The notes under the pieces were generated by a model, which saw only the letters and a program-made list of their open reading frames with translations, did no database searches and had not been told where the DNA came from. From an uncultured Rhizobium sp. (lineage in GTDB: Bacteria; Pseudomonadota; Alphaproteobacteria; Rickettsiales; UBA1997), in the NCBI GenBank assembly GCA_964447395.1, contig CAYUSO010000001.1:73003-137002 (forward strand): DNA of 64,000 bases, in the 5' to 3' direction. Shown piece after piece: positions 18,322 through 26,576 of the stretch. Each line of letters starts with the position of its first letter. Position 1 is the first letter of the stretch. Made by a program: the position numbers and the translations under genes.

Positions 18322-19544
18322 AGCTGCCTTTCTGGCCAAATCCCTCGAATTATAACGACATCGAACTCGGACTTTCTCGCGTTTATCAGCTGCTCGAAAG
18401 ATTGGAAAATCCACATCTCAAACTTCCGCCAACAATTCACATCGCAGGCACGAATGGTAAGGGTTCGACGCTGGCTTTTTTGCGCGCGATTTTTGCTGAA
18501 TCTGGTTTAAAAATTCACACTTACACTTCGCCACATTTAGTAAATTTTAATGAAAGAATCGCGCTCGCCGGCGAAGAAATTTCTGACGATTTTTTGAATG
18601 AAATTTTACGCGAATGCAAAGAGGCGGCCGAAAAATCTCCGCCAATTCCTGTCACTTTTTTTGAAGGAGTGACAGTGGCGGCGTTCCTTGCCTTTAGCCG
18701 CGTCAAAGCCGATTTGCTTTTACTCGAAACCGGCCTTGGCGGCAGATTGGATGCGACGAATATTTTGCCGAAAGTTTTATGTTCAGTGATCACTCCGATT
18801 GATTTCGATCACGAAGAATTTTTGGGAAATAGGCTGGAAAAAATCGCTTTCGAAAAAGCTGGAATCATCAAAAAAAATTGTCCGGTGGTGATTGGAAAAC
18901 AGAAAGAAGAAGTGCTGCGAGTTCTTGAAAATCAAGCCTCTATCCTGAATTGTAAAATAATTTACGACTTACGACTTACGACTTACGACTTACGACTAAC
19001 TGGAAACTACCAACAAGAAAACGCAGCACTTGCGGTTGCGGTTGCGAAGGCGCAGAAAAAATTTTCGGTAAGCGAGGAGCAGATAAAATCCGGATTAAAG
19101 AAGGCATTTTGGCCGGCACGTTTGCAGAAAATTTTATCGGGAAAATTTTTTGAGAATCTGCCAGAAAACTGCGAACTCTATCTCGATGGCAGTCATAATT
19201 TACAAGGTGCAGAAACGGTTTTAGAATTTCTAAAAACACAGAAAAATAAAAAAATAATCCTGATTTTTTCCATGCTGAAAGACAAAAATTGTCAGGATTT
19301 TTTGCAGAAAATTAGCGGAGAAATCGACGAATTAATCGCAATAAGAATTCCTGATGAATCAAGATCGCGTGAAGCGGATGAGATAAAAAAAATCGCTGAA
19401 AATCTCGGTATTAAATCACAAAACGCAAAAAATTTTGATGATGCTTTCGAAAAAATAAAAACCGACGAGAAGGCTCTGATTATGGTTTGCGGATCACTTT
19501 ATTTGGCAGGAAAATTTCTGGAAGAGAATCGCAACAAAAGGTAG
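18318..19544 (+). CDS. folC: bifunctional folylpolyglutamate synthase / dihydrofolate synthase
   Basis: 408 aa with HIAGTNGKGST, TSPHLV and ETGLGGRLDATN. It contains the in-frame TTACGAC heptamer tract. Confidence 0.9.
   Translation: MKLPFWPNPSNYNDIELGLSRVYQLLERLENPHLKLPPTIHIAGTNGKGSTLAFLRAIFAESGLKIHTYTSPHLVNFNERIALAGEEISDDFLNEILRECKEAAEKSPPIPVTFFEGVTVAAFLAFSRVKADLLLLETGLGGRLDATNILPKVLCSVITPIDFDHEEFLGNRLEKIAFEKAGIIKKNCPVVIGKQKEEVLRVLENQASILNCKIIYDLRLTTYDLRLTGNYQQENAALAVAVAKAQKKFSVSEEQIKSGLKKAFWPARLQKILSGKFFENLPENCELYLDGSHNLQGAETVLEFLKTQKNKKIILIFSMLKDKNCQDFLQKISGEIDELIAIRIPDESRSREADEIKKIAENLGIKSQNAKNFDDAFEKIKTDEKALIMVCGSLYLAGKFLEENRNKR
18962..18996 (+). repeat. (TTACGAC)x5 heptamer microsatellite, in frame inside folC
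   Basis: Five perfect tandem heptamers encoding [13 protein letters not shown]. Confidence 0.95.
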
Positions 19545-19565
19545 GATTTGCGACGGTTTCTAATC

Positions 19566-19985
19566 TTATAACCTAATCACGTAAGTCAGGAAATGCGCGA
19601 TACAAAAAATATCCACCACGATTGACATCAACACCGGATTCCATTCGCCGAGTGGCTCTTGCAAAAATAATTTGCGTAAAAATTTCTTTCCAAACTGATG
19701 CCGATTTTGTCTTTTAATAGCCTCCTTTTCCTCCTTAGTAAGCTGAGGTTTTTTTGGGGAACATTTTTTTAAAGCGTAAATATGCCAAGCAAAATAGATG
19801 GCTGTTACGATTGAGATTACCGCATCAAAAAAGCGAAGATCGGAAAATTTTACCAACTTTTCTGCAACAAAATAAGCGGCAAAATAACCACCAATTCCCC
19901 ACCACTGAATCAGATTTGACAAGCTTTCCTCGCCTTTCGTGGCTTTTGAAAAAGATGATTCGATTTTGCTGAAAAATTCTTTCAT
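19566..19985 (-). CDS. hypothetical membrane protein
   Basis: 139 aa with three hydrophobic segments and no recognisable motif. It occupies the position downstream of nuoC where nuoD would be expected. Confidence 0.5.
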   Translation of the reverse strand: MKEFFSKIESSFSKATKGEESLSNLIQWWGIGGYFAAYFVAEKLVKFSDLRFFDAVISIVTAIYFAWHIYALKKCSPKKPQLTKEEKEAIKRQNRHQFGKKFLRKLFLQEPLGEWNPVLMSIVVDIFCIAHFLTYVIRL

Positions 19986-19997
19986 GAAATTTTGAGA

Positions 19998-20597
19998 TTA
20001 CTTTTTTTCGCCTTTAGAAATCGCATATTCCGCACCGCTCCACGGCATTTCAAAATCGAAATTACGAAATTCCTGCATTAGTTTTACTGGCTCGTAAACC
20101 ACTTTTTTCTGCTCGGCATCGTAGCGCACTTCTTCATAACCTGTAAGTGGAAAATCTTTGCGCAATGGATGGCCTTTAAAACCATAATCAGTAAGGATGC
20201 GTCGCGGATCAGGATGGCCTGCAAATTCAATGCCATACATGTCGAAAGTCTCGCGTTCAAACCAACCGGCAGCAGAAAAAACTGAAATCGCAGTTGCAAC
20301 TTTTTCGCCATCTTCAAGCGCAACTTTCACGGTGAGGCGATTATTTAGCTTGTAGCTTAAAAGATTGTAAATGACTTCGAAGCGTGGTTCTCTAAGTCCG
20401 AGAAGATCAGCGCCAAAAACATCAAGCAAAGTTTTGAAAGAAAGTTTTTCGTCGTCACGCAAAAAAGTTAGAAACTCGACGAGTTTTTTTGGCGCGATGT
20501 AAATGATGAGATTGTCATGCGCGATTGGCTCAACAACTCTCACCTCAGCAAAATTTTCTTTGATGTAATCGGCCTGTTTTTTGAGATCTTGGTTCAT
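19998..20597 (-). CDS. nuoC: NADH-quinone oxidoreductase subunit C
   Basis: 199 aa with AAGWFERETFDMYGIEFAGHPDPRRILTDYGF. Confidence 0.9.
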   Translation of the reverse strand: MNQDLKKQADYIKENFAEVRVVEPIAHDNLIIYIAPKKLVEFLTFLRDDEKLSFKTLLDVFGADLLGLREPRFEVIYNLLSYKLNNRLTVKVALEDGEKVATAISVFSAAGWFERETFDMYGIEFAGHPDPRRILTDYGFKGHPLRKDFPLTGYEEVRYDAEQKKVVYEPVKLMQEFRNFDFEMPWSGAEYAISKGEKK

Positions 20598-20604
20598 AAT
20601 TTTA

Positions 20605-20760
20605 TTTTTTAACGCCGAGATTCGCGCCTAGGCGCTCATGCTCATTTAGGCTAAAAACAGACGTTTGGTCTGTTTTTTTAACGCCGAGATTCGCGCCTAG
20701 GCGCTCATGCTCATTTAGGCTAAAAACAGACGTTTGGTCTGTTTTTTTAACGCCTAAATT
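20605..20760. repeat. 69-bp tandem repeat (2 full copies + partial) between nuoB and nuoC
   Basis: AACGCCGAGATTCGCGCCTAGGCGCTCATGCTCATTTAGGCTAAAAACAGACGTTTGGTCTGTTTTTTT starts at 20611 and 20680, and a partial third copy at 20749 overlaps the nuoB stop. Each unit has two hairpins (GCGCCTAGGCGC and ACAGAC-N5-GTCTGT). Confidence 0.95.
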
Positions 20761-21265
20761 TCCCAGTTCTTTTGATTTTTCTTTGTAGTAATAAAACGCC
20801 GTAAAGCAGTGCTTCCGCGGTTGGAGGGCATCCTGGAACGTAAACGTCAACCGGAACGATACGATCGCAACCACGAACAACAGAATAGGAATAATGGTAG
20901 TAGCCGCCGCCATTAGCGCAGCTTCCCATCGAAATTACGTAGCGCGGTTCGGCCATTTGGTCATAAACTTTTCGCAAAGCTGGCGCCATTTTGTTGGTGA
21001 GAGTTCCAGCGACGATCATCACGTCAGACTGACGCGGCGAAGGACGGAAGATTAGGCCAAAACGATCAAGATCATAACGACTTGCCGCGGTTTGCATCAT
21101 TTCAACCGCGCAGCAAGCCAGCCCGAAAGTCATCGGCCACAATGAGCCGGTGCGCGCCCAATTGACGAGCTCATCAATTTTTGCCGTAACAAAACCGCGA
21201 TTGCTGACCTCATCAGAAACTTGGGAGAGTAGGATGTCTTGGTTTAAGGGGCTGAGGTTGTTCAT
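20747..21265 (-). CDS. nuoB: NADH-quinone oxidoreductase subunit B
   Basis: [28 protein letters not shown] and CPPT. The start was moved to the ATG at 21265 ([10 protein letters not shown]), because the longer ORF reads through a REP-C repeat. Confidence 0.9.
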   Translation of the reverse strand: MNNLSPLNQDILLSQVSDEVSNRGFVTAKIDELVNWARTGSLWPMTFGLACCAVEMMQTAASRYDLDRFGLIFRPSPRQSDVMIVAGTLTNKMAPALRKVYDQMAEPRYVISMGSCANGGGYYHYSYSVVRGCDRIVPVDVYVPGCPPTAEALLYGVLLLQRKIKRTGKFRR

Positions 21266-21267
21266 GA

Positions 21268-21362
21268 AAAAATTAAGAATTAAGAATTTAAAATTGAGAA
21301 TTGAGAATTTGAAATTTGCCACAAACCAACAGGTCAGAATTCTCAATTCTTAATTCTAAATT
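21268..21362. repeat. REP-C palindromic element (AAGAATTAAGAATT family)
   Basis: TTAAGAATTAAGAATTT..TTGAGAATTGAGAATTT ... AGAATTCTCAATTCTTAATTCT, lying between nuoA and nuoB. Confidence 0.8.
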
Positions 21363-21365
21363 TAC

Positions 21366-21797
21366 TCATTTCCATTCAAGTGCACCGCGCTTCCATTCGT
21401 AAATGAAGCCGATGGTTAGCAGAGTTAAAAATACCATCATCGACCAAAATCCGAAAATGCCGATTTTGCCGAGAGACACTGCCCAAGGAAATAAAAAGGC
21501 GACTTCGAGATCGAAAATTATGAATAAAATTGCCACCAAATAAAATTGCACATCGAACTCGTTGCGCACTCTGCCCTCGCCTTCAAAACCGCATTCATAA
21601 GGCGAATTTTTTTCGCTGTCGGGACGCATTTTATTGAGCAAAAAAGGCACTGCCATAATGACGCAAGAAAGACCAATTGCCACCGCCAAGAATAGCAAAA
21701 TTGGAAAATATTGCGACGAGACGAAATCAGCGCTGGCAACTGCCTGCAAGGTTTGAGAACTGTCCATTTTGTTGATTGAATTTAAGGAATCTGACAA
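21366..21797 (-). CDS. nuoA: NADH-quinone oxidoreductase subunit A
   Basis: SPYECGF and [11 protein letters not shown]. The start is uncertain; an internal ATG at about 21767 would give a more typical length. Confidence 0.85.
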   Translation of the reverse strand: MSDSLNSINKMDSSQTLQAVASADFVSSQYFPILLFLAVAIGLSCVIMAVPFLLNKMRPDSEKNSPYECGFEGEGRVRNEFDVQFYLVAILFIIFDLEVAFLFPWAVSLGKIGIFGFWSMMVFLTLLTIGFIYEWKRGALEWK

Positions 21798-21851
21798 ATA
21801 ATTTGCGCGCGAAAACTAAATTCCATCCAAACAAAATCAATTTAAAATATC

Positions 21852-22721
21852 ATGTCAGCAGAAACCTTCACGGCCTTAATCACGCCTTTTAAAAACGGAA
21901 AAATTGATGAAAAATCGCTGCAAAATTTAGTCGAGTTTCAAATTAAAAATGGTGTCGATGGAATAGTCCCTTGCGGCACAACTGGCGAGTCTCCAACGCT
22001 ATCACATGATGAGCATAATTTCGTGATTGAGCGCTGCGTAAAATTCACCAAAGGTCGCGTTAAAATCATGGCTGGCACTGGTTCGAACTCAACTGATGAA
22101 GCGGTGACGATGACAAAATTTGCCAAAAAAATCGGCGCTGATTCTTGTCTGATCGTCGCTCCTTACTACAACAAACCCACGCCAGAAGGGGTTTTTCAGC
22201 ATTTTAAAGAATTGGATAAAGTTGGAATTCCGCTCATAATTTACAACATTCCCGGCCGCTCCGTAATCAACATTTCTGACGAAAATTTAGCACGAATCGC
22301 TGAACTAAAAAATGTCGTCGGCATCAAAGATGCAACTGGCGATCTCGCTAGAGTTGCAAGCCTTCGCCTCCTCATCAAAAAGAAATTTTCCTACCTTTCC
22401 GGCGAAGATGCGACAGTCGTCGGTTTCAACGCCATGGGCGGAAATGGCGTGATTTCTGTCACTTCCAACATTGCTCCAAAAATGGTTTCTGATCTGCAAA
22501 AATTAACCGCAAAAGGCGATTACGCCGCCGCGCTAAAACTCCAAGACAAGCTCACCGCGCTTCACGCCGCAATGTTTTGCGAGACTAATCCGATTCCAAT
22601 AAAATACGCCGCCAGCCTGCTTGGCCTCTGCCGCGAAGAAATCCGCCTCCCCCTCACTTCGCCATCAAATGCAGCAAAAGAGCGCATCAAAAAAGAGATG
22701 AAAAAACTAAACTTAATCTAA
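21852..22721 (+). CDS. dapA: 4-hydroxy-tetrahydrodipicolinate synthase
   Basis: 289 aa with GIVPCGTTGESPTLS, YNKPT and IYNIPGRS. Confidence 0.9.
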   Translation: MSAETFTALITPFKNGKIDEKSLQNLVEFQIKNGVDGIVPCGTTGESPTLSHDEHNFVIERCVKFTKGRVKIMAGTGSNSTDEAVTMTKFAKKIGADSCLIVAPYYNKPTPEGVFQHFKELDKVGIPLIIYNIPGRSVINISDENLARIAELKNVVGIKDATGDLARVASLRLLIKKKFSYLSGEDATVVGFNAMGGNGVISVTSNIAPKMVSDLQKLTAKGDYAAALKLQDKLTALHAAMFCETNPIPIKYAASLLGLCREEIRLPLTSPSNAAKERIKKEMKKLNLI

Positions 22722-22725
22722 AAAA

Positions 22726-22751
22726 CCTCCGCCAAATTTCTTCGACGGAGG
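22726..22751 (-). terminator. possible rho-independent terminator of the histidine kinase gene
   Basis: On the minus strand, CCTCCGTCGAAGAAATTTGGCGGAGG is followed by TTTTT. The stem is short and imperfect. Confidence 0.35.
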
Positions 22752-22799
22752 CCGGATAAAACGCGCATTACGGGTTTGCGAGTGGTGGAAGATTGTTGG

Positions 22800-23561
22800 C
22801 TATCGATAGGGAAATTTTATTTTTATTTCAGTTCCAACTCCAACTGTGGATTTTATTTCGATACTACCATTCTGTAGCTCTACAAGCTGTTTAACTATGG
22901 GAAGTCCAAGTCCAAAAGAATCTACTTTTCCTGAATTCTCATTGGCAATTATGCCATATTTAGAGAAAGCGATAGACATCTGATCTTTGCTTATTCCAAA
23001 GCCACAATCGATGACGGCAATTTCAAGAAAACCATTCTCAACGCCAGCCACTATTCTAACCTCACTCCCTTCTCTCGAATATTTCACCGCGTTAGAAATT
23101 AAATTTGTTAAAATCTGCTTGGTTCTTTTTTCATCCAAATTGATCGGCTCTATTTCACTTACGATCTCAGTTTTAAGAATAATTTTACGACGCAAAGCAT
23201 AGTCTCGATTAAGTCTTACAGACTTAGAAATAACGTCTGGTGGATTAATTTTATTTCCTAGATGAATCGATGGATTTGCATATGACGCCCGAGAAACATC
23301 GAGCAAATCGATTATGATCTCATTCATATCCTCAACGACTGCGATAATTTCTTTTATTGATTCTTCACACTCTTCTACGGCGGAAGGATTGCGAACCAAT
23401 TGTTGTAGATTTTGTGCAAATCCAGAGATGGCAGATAATGGCGTTTTCAGTTCGTGAAAAATTGCTGGGAGAAAATCTGAAGAACTCATCACGGCACTTG
23501 ATTCTGTTGATTTCAAACGAGTTACGGATGGGTGAGCTTGTTGTATTTGTAATAGTTTCAT
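22800..23561 (-). CDS. soluble minimal histidine kinase (HisKA + HATPase_c, no sensor or TM domain)
   Basis: 253 aa. The H-box is FHELKTPLSAISGF, the N-box LISNAVKYS, and the G-boxes DCGFGI and GLGLPIV. Confidence 0.8.
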   Translation of the reverse strand: MKLLQIQQAHPSVTRLKSTESSAVMSSSDFLPAIFHELKTPLSAISGFAQNLQQLVRNPSAVEECEESIKEIIAVVEDMNEIIIDLLDVSRASYANPSIHLGNKINPPDVISKSVRLNRDYALRRKIILKTEIVSEIEPINLDEKRTKQILTNLISNAVKYSREGSEVRIVAGVENGFLEIAVIDCGFGISKDQMSIAFSKYGIIANENSGKVDSFGLGLPIVKQLVELQNGSIEIKSTVGVGTEIKIKFPYR

Positions 23562-23666
23562 GTGCCGAAATGAGTCGTTTGATTTAATATCTCAAAAACA
23601 TTGCGGCAAAGAAATTGATCAGAGCAGGAAAGGCAAATTAGAAATATAAAGCTCTTCAATATGTTC

Positions 23667-23681
23667 ATTAATAAAATCAAT
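23667..23681. promoter_or_regulatory. candidate LysR-type operator dyad (ATTAA-N5-TCAAT)
   Basis: ATTAATAAAATCAAT lies 8 nt upstream of the LysR start. It is a near copy of the dyad at 24723-24737. The AT-rich background lowers its significance. Confidence 0.3.
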
Positions 23682-23688
23682 TCTCATC

Positions 23689-24630
23689 ATGAAAATAGCC
23701 CTACACGACTTCCTCTACAAAAAAAATCGCCAACAGCAAATTAAGGGATTTTATTATGCTGCGCGCTACAGAAGCATCTCGGAAGCGGCTCGAATGATGA
23801 ATTTAACGCAATCAACAGTCACACTTCAAATCCAGTCATTGGAACGAGATCTTGGATTCCAGCTTTTAAAACGTAGCTCTAAACCTTTTTCACTTACTGA
23901 AGATGGCGAAGAATTTTATCAAATAGCCTGCCCTTTGATGCATGAATTCGAATCGGTAGTTGAAAAATTTTTAAATCGTAAAAAACAAACTGAGCAAAAA
24001 GAAGTTGATATCGCAGTACATCACATCGCCATTTCCTACCTGATGCCAAGCATAGTTTCTAATTTTAAAAAACTGCATCCGGAGGCAAAAATTATGATCA
24101 GAAATATAGCGCCTGTCGAAGCGATAAAAAAATTAAAAGACGGTGAAATTGATTTAGCATTTTATCCAAACATACCTCACGAACCTGAAATTAAGCAGAC
24201 CGAAACTGTTTCCTACGATCCGGCTCTAATAATGAATAAGAGGCATCCTCTGGCAAAAAAATCGATAAAAAGTCTGAAGGACTTGAAGGATTTTGACTTA
24301 ATTCGCATTGATCGAAATCTGATTACCTTACCACTATTCGAAGAAGCGGTCAGGACTCATGGCATCAAGGGAAGTGTCGAGTTTGAAAATGGCAATTGGG
24401 AAATGCTAAAACCTTTCGTAAAGGAGAATAATTTTGTCGCGATTGTCTCGACAATTTGCCTCGATAAAAATGATGAAGATTTAGTGATAAAAAATTTGGC
24501 AAATTTTTTTCCTCAAATGAGCTATAGCATCGCAACAAAAAATGGACAAATACTGAAACCCATTGTGAGTAACTTAATAACCGCAATCAATAAGGCTGGT
24601 AAAGATTGGAGACTCTTCGTGAAAGAATAA
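23689..24630 (+). CDS. LysR-family transcriptional regulator
   Basis: 313 aa. The N-terminal wHTH is FYYAARYRSISEAARMMNLTQSTVTLQIQSLERDLG, followed by a substrate-binding-like C-terminal domain. Confidence 0.85.
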   Translation: MKIALHDFLYKKNRQQQIKGFYYAARYRSISEAARMMNLTQSTVTLQIQSLERDLGFQLLKRSSKPFSLTEDGEEFYQIACPLMHEFESVVEKFLNRKKQTEQKEVDIAVHHIAISYLMPSIVSNFKKLHPEAKIMIRNIAPVEAIKKLKDGEIDLAFYPNIPHEPEIKQTETVSYDPALIMNKRHPLAKKSIKSLKDLKDFDLIRIDRNLITLPLFEEAVRTHGIKGSVEFENGNWEMLKPFVKENNFVAIVSTICLDKNDEDLVIKNLANFFPQMSYSIATKNGQILKPIVSNLITAINKAGKDWRLFVKE

Positions 24631-24720
24631 TTTTGCACATCTCTAACCCTTCAAGATCCATAATTTACAAAACAACAAGATAAAATCTTGCTCATAAAAA
24701 CCATCATGGTTAATTGATAA

Positions 24721-24739
24721 CTATTGATTTTTTCAATAG
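24721..24739. promoter_or_regulatory. candidate LysR T-N11-A operator (perfect dyad CTATTGA-N5-TCAATAG)
   Basis: The perfect 7-bp inverted repeat contains TTGATTTTTTCAA (T-N11-A). It lies 70 nt upstream of the 24811 operon and 90 nt downstream of the LysR gene. Confidence 0.4.
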
Positions 24740-24810
24740 ATAGAATTCTCCCTCTCACCGCTAGATCAGATCAACGAAACCTTACCAGAAAAAACTAAAA
24801 TTTTCTAACG

Positions 24811-25221
24811 ATGAATGCTGACTTGATTTTAGAAAAACTAACCAAACTTGACGAGGTGAAGCGCTTTATCTTGTTTCTTGAGGCAAGGTTTTTGTCAGAT
24901 GAAAAATCTTTATCTCAACTAAAAATCGCTAAAAAATCTCTAGATCAAGCGCTGATGAATTTAGTTTTTGACATCGAAAAAAAATTAGAAAATTCACAAC
25001 AAAACCAATCTCAGAAAATTAAAATAAGTGATAAAATTTACTCCACTTTTGAACATCTAAAAAGTTTTAGCGATGAATCACTAGAGCAATGCCTTCAAGA
25101 CCTAACAGCGTTTGCTAGAAGTTACGAGAATAGTTCTACTTTAATTGTAGCGACAAGATCAGAAGATTTAAAAAATCTTAGAGCAAAAATCCTGCTAATT
25201 ACCTCTGAAAGATTCGGATAA
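24811..25221 (+). CDS. hypothetical helical protein
   Basis: 136 aa with no motif. It ends 2 nt before the aminotransferase start, so it is probably the first gene of an operon. Confidence 0.5.
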   Translation: MNADLILEKLTKLDEVKRFILFLEARFLSDEKSLSQLKIAKKSLDQALMNLVFDIEKKLENSQQNQSQKIKISDKIYSTFEHLKSFSDESLEQCLQDLTAFARSYENSSTLIVATRSEDLKNLRAKILLITSERFG

Positions 25222-25223
25222 CC

Positions 25224-26576
25224 ATGAGAAGAAGAGAACCTCAGCAACAAATTGAACCTCAATACCCACTTCATCAAGAAGCTTTTGCATTTCTCGAACA
25301 ATGCTCTCGGTCGAGGTTTGATTTTACATCGGCAGAGGCGCCAAATCCATCAAATAGCAAGATCTCTCCACCATCAAAAATATTGGCGTTAATGAGAGAA
25401 GTTGATTTTCAAGACTTGATGGAAGTCAGGGGAGAGTCTCGCGGCGAACAGCAAACTCTACAAGAATGCGTCAATTTTTTTAACAGACGCGGCATTCGAT
25501 GCGATGGAGGAAGTGTTTCCTTAAGCGATGGTATTTTGTCCGCTCTTGATCATGTTTACACAGCACTCGGACTTAATGCGGATAAAAAAATCTTAGTCTT
25601 AACGCCAACATTTGGCTATTACTTCAAACAATTCAGAGTGCGAAATATTGGATTTGAAACTCTGGCCACCAAAGCAGAAAATAATTTTTTGCCCAACTTA
25701 AAAGAGCTTGAAGAAAAAATTGTGAGAACTGGCGTCAAAGCGCTACTATTATGCTATCCAAATAATCCAACTGGTGCCGTGATGACAGAGGAATATGCGC
25801 GAGCAATTGCTGATATCGCAAAAAGGCATGAGGTTTTTATAATCTCCGATGAAGCATTCATGAATAATTCATTGACCCAAAAAAAACATTTTCCGATTGC
25901 CGCGATTGGTGGAGATATATTGGAGCACAGCATCACCATCACAAGCGCCTCCAAATCAATGTTTATAGGAGTTAAAACTGGCTTTTGCGTTGGTCGCAGA
26001 GATCTTATTCAAAGCTTTGAAAAACTTGGTGGATATCCGACAAGACATTCTCAAAAAATAGTAGCAGCCTCCCTTGAAGACAGCGACGAGAACAGGGAAT
26101 ATTTGGAGAAATGTCGCGATTACTATTTGCAAAATATTCACCTCATCGAGGAAAAAATTTCTAAATTAAATCAAAAATTCAGCCAACAATTCAGTGAAGA
26201 AAAAATCTACGTCAAACCCCTGATTGCAAATCCCGACGCAGCCAATGTTTACATGTTAGATTTTTCTGGACTGCGAGGAAAAATCCACAACGGAAAACCC
26301 CTTAGCACAGGACTCGACATCTCCAGATTTTTACTTGAGGAAGCCTCTGTCGGAACAGTTCCCGGCGAATGTTTTCTTTTTGAACAAGATAAAATGTTGG
26401 TAAGAGTAACTCTGAACAACTCAGCGCAAGAGATGGCTCAAGCCTTTGATAGCATATCACTTGCAACTGAAAAAATTCAGAATGCCCCAGCCAGATCGCT
26501 ATCAAGAAGCAATGGAGAAGCGTTTTCTGCCACAGTTGCCACTTTGACCACACAACCTGCAAGCAAACAGAGATGA
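25224..26576 (+). CDS. class I/II PLP aminotransferase with N- and C-terminal extensions
   Basis: 450 aa with YPNNPTG and SASKSM (PLP Lys). It has an N-terminal extension of about 80 aa beginning MRRREPQQ, and a Ser/Thr/Ala-rich tail. Confidence 0.75.
   Translation: MRRREPQQQIEPQYPLHQEAFAFLEQCSRSRFDFTSAEAPNPSNSKISPPSKILALMREVDFQDLMEVRGESRGEQQTLQECVNFFNRRGIRCDGGSVSLSDGILSALDHVYTALGLNADKKILVLTPTFGYYFKQFRVRNIGFETLATKAENNFLPNLKELEEKIVRTGVKALLLCYPNNPTGAVMTEEYARAIADIAKRHEVFIISDEAFMNNSLTQKKHFPIAAIGGDILEHSITITSASKSMFIGVKTGFCVGRRDLIQSFEKLGGYPTRHSQKIVAASLEDSDENREYLEKCRDYYLQNIHLIEEKISKLNQKFSQQFSEEKIYVKPLIANPDAANVYMLDFSGLRGKIHNGKPLSTGLDISRFLLEEASVGTVPGECFLFEQDKMLVRVTLNNSAQEMAQAFDSISLATEKIQNAPARSLSRSNGEAFSATVATLTTQPASKQR

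Noticed and set aside
20602-20913. 103-aa minus-strand ORF with an internally repeated peptide ([23 protein letters not shown] x2)
   Set aside because: It is the conceptual translation of the 69-bp tandem DNA repeat and overlaps the 3' end of nuoB in another frame. There is no independent coding evidence.
21266-21346. 27-codon N-terminal extension of nuoB ([27 protein letters not shown])
   Set aside because: The extension reads through the REP-C palindrome. The conserved NuoB sequence begins after the internal ATG at 21265.
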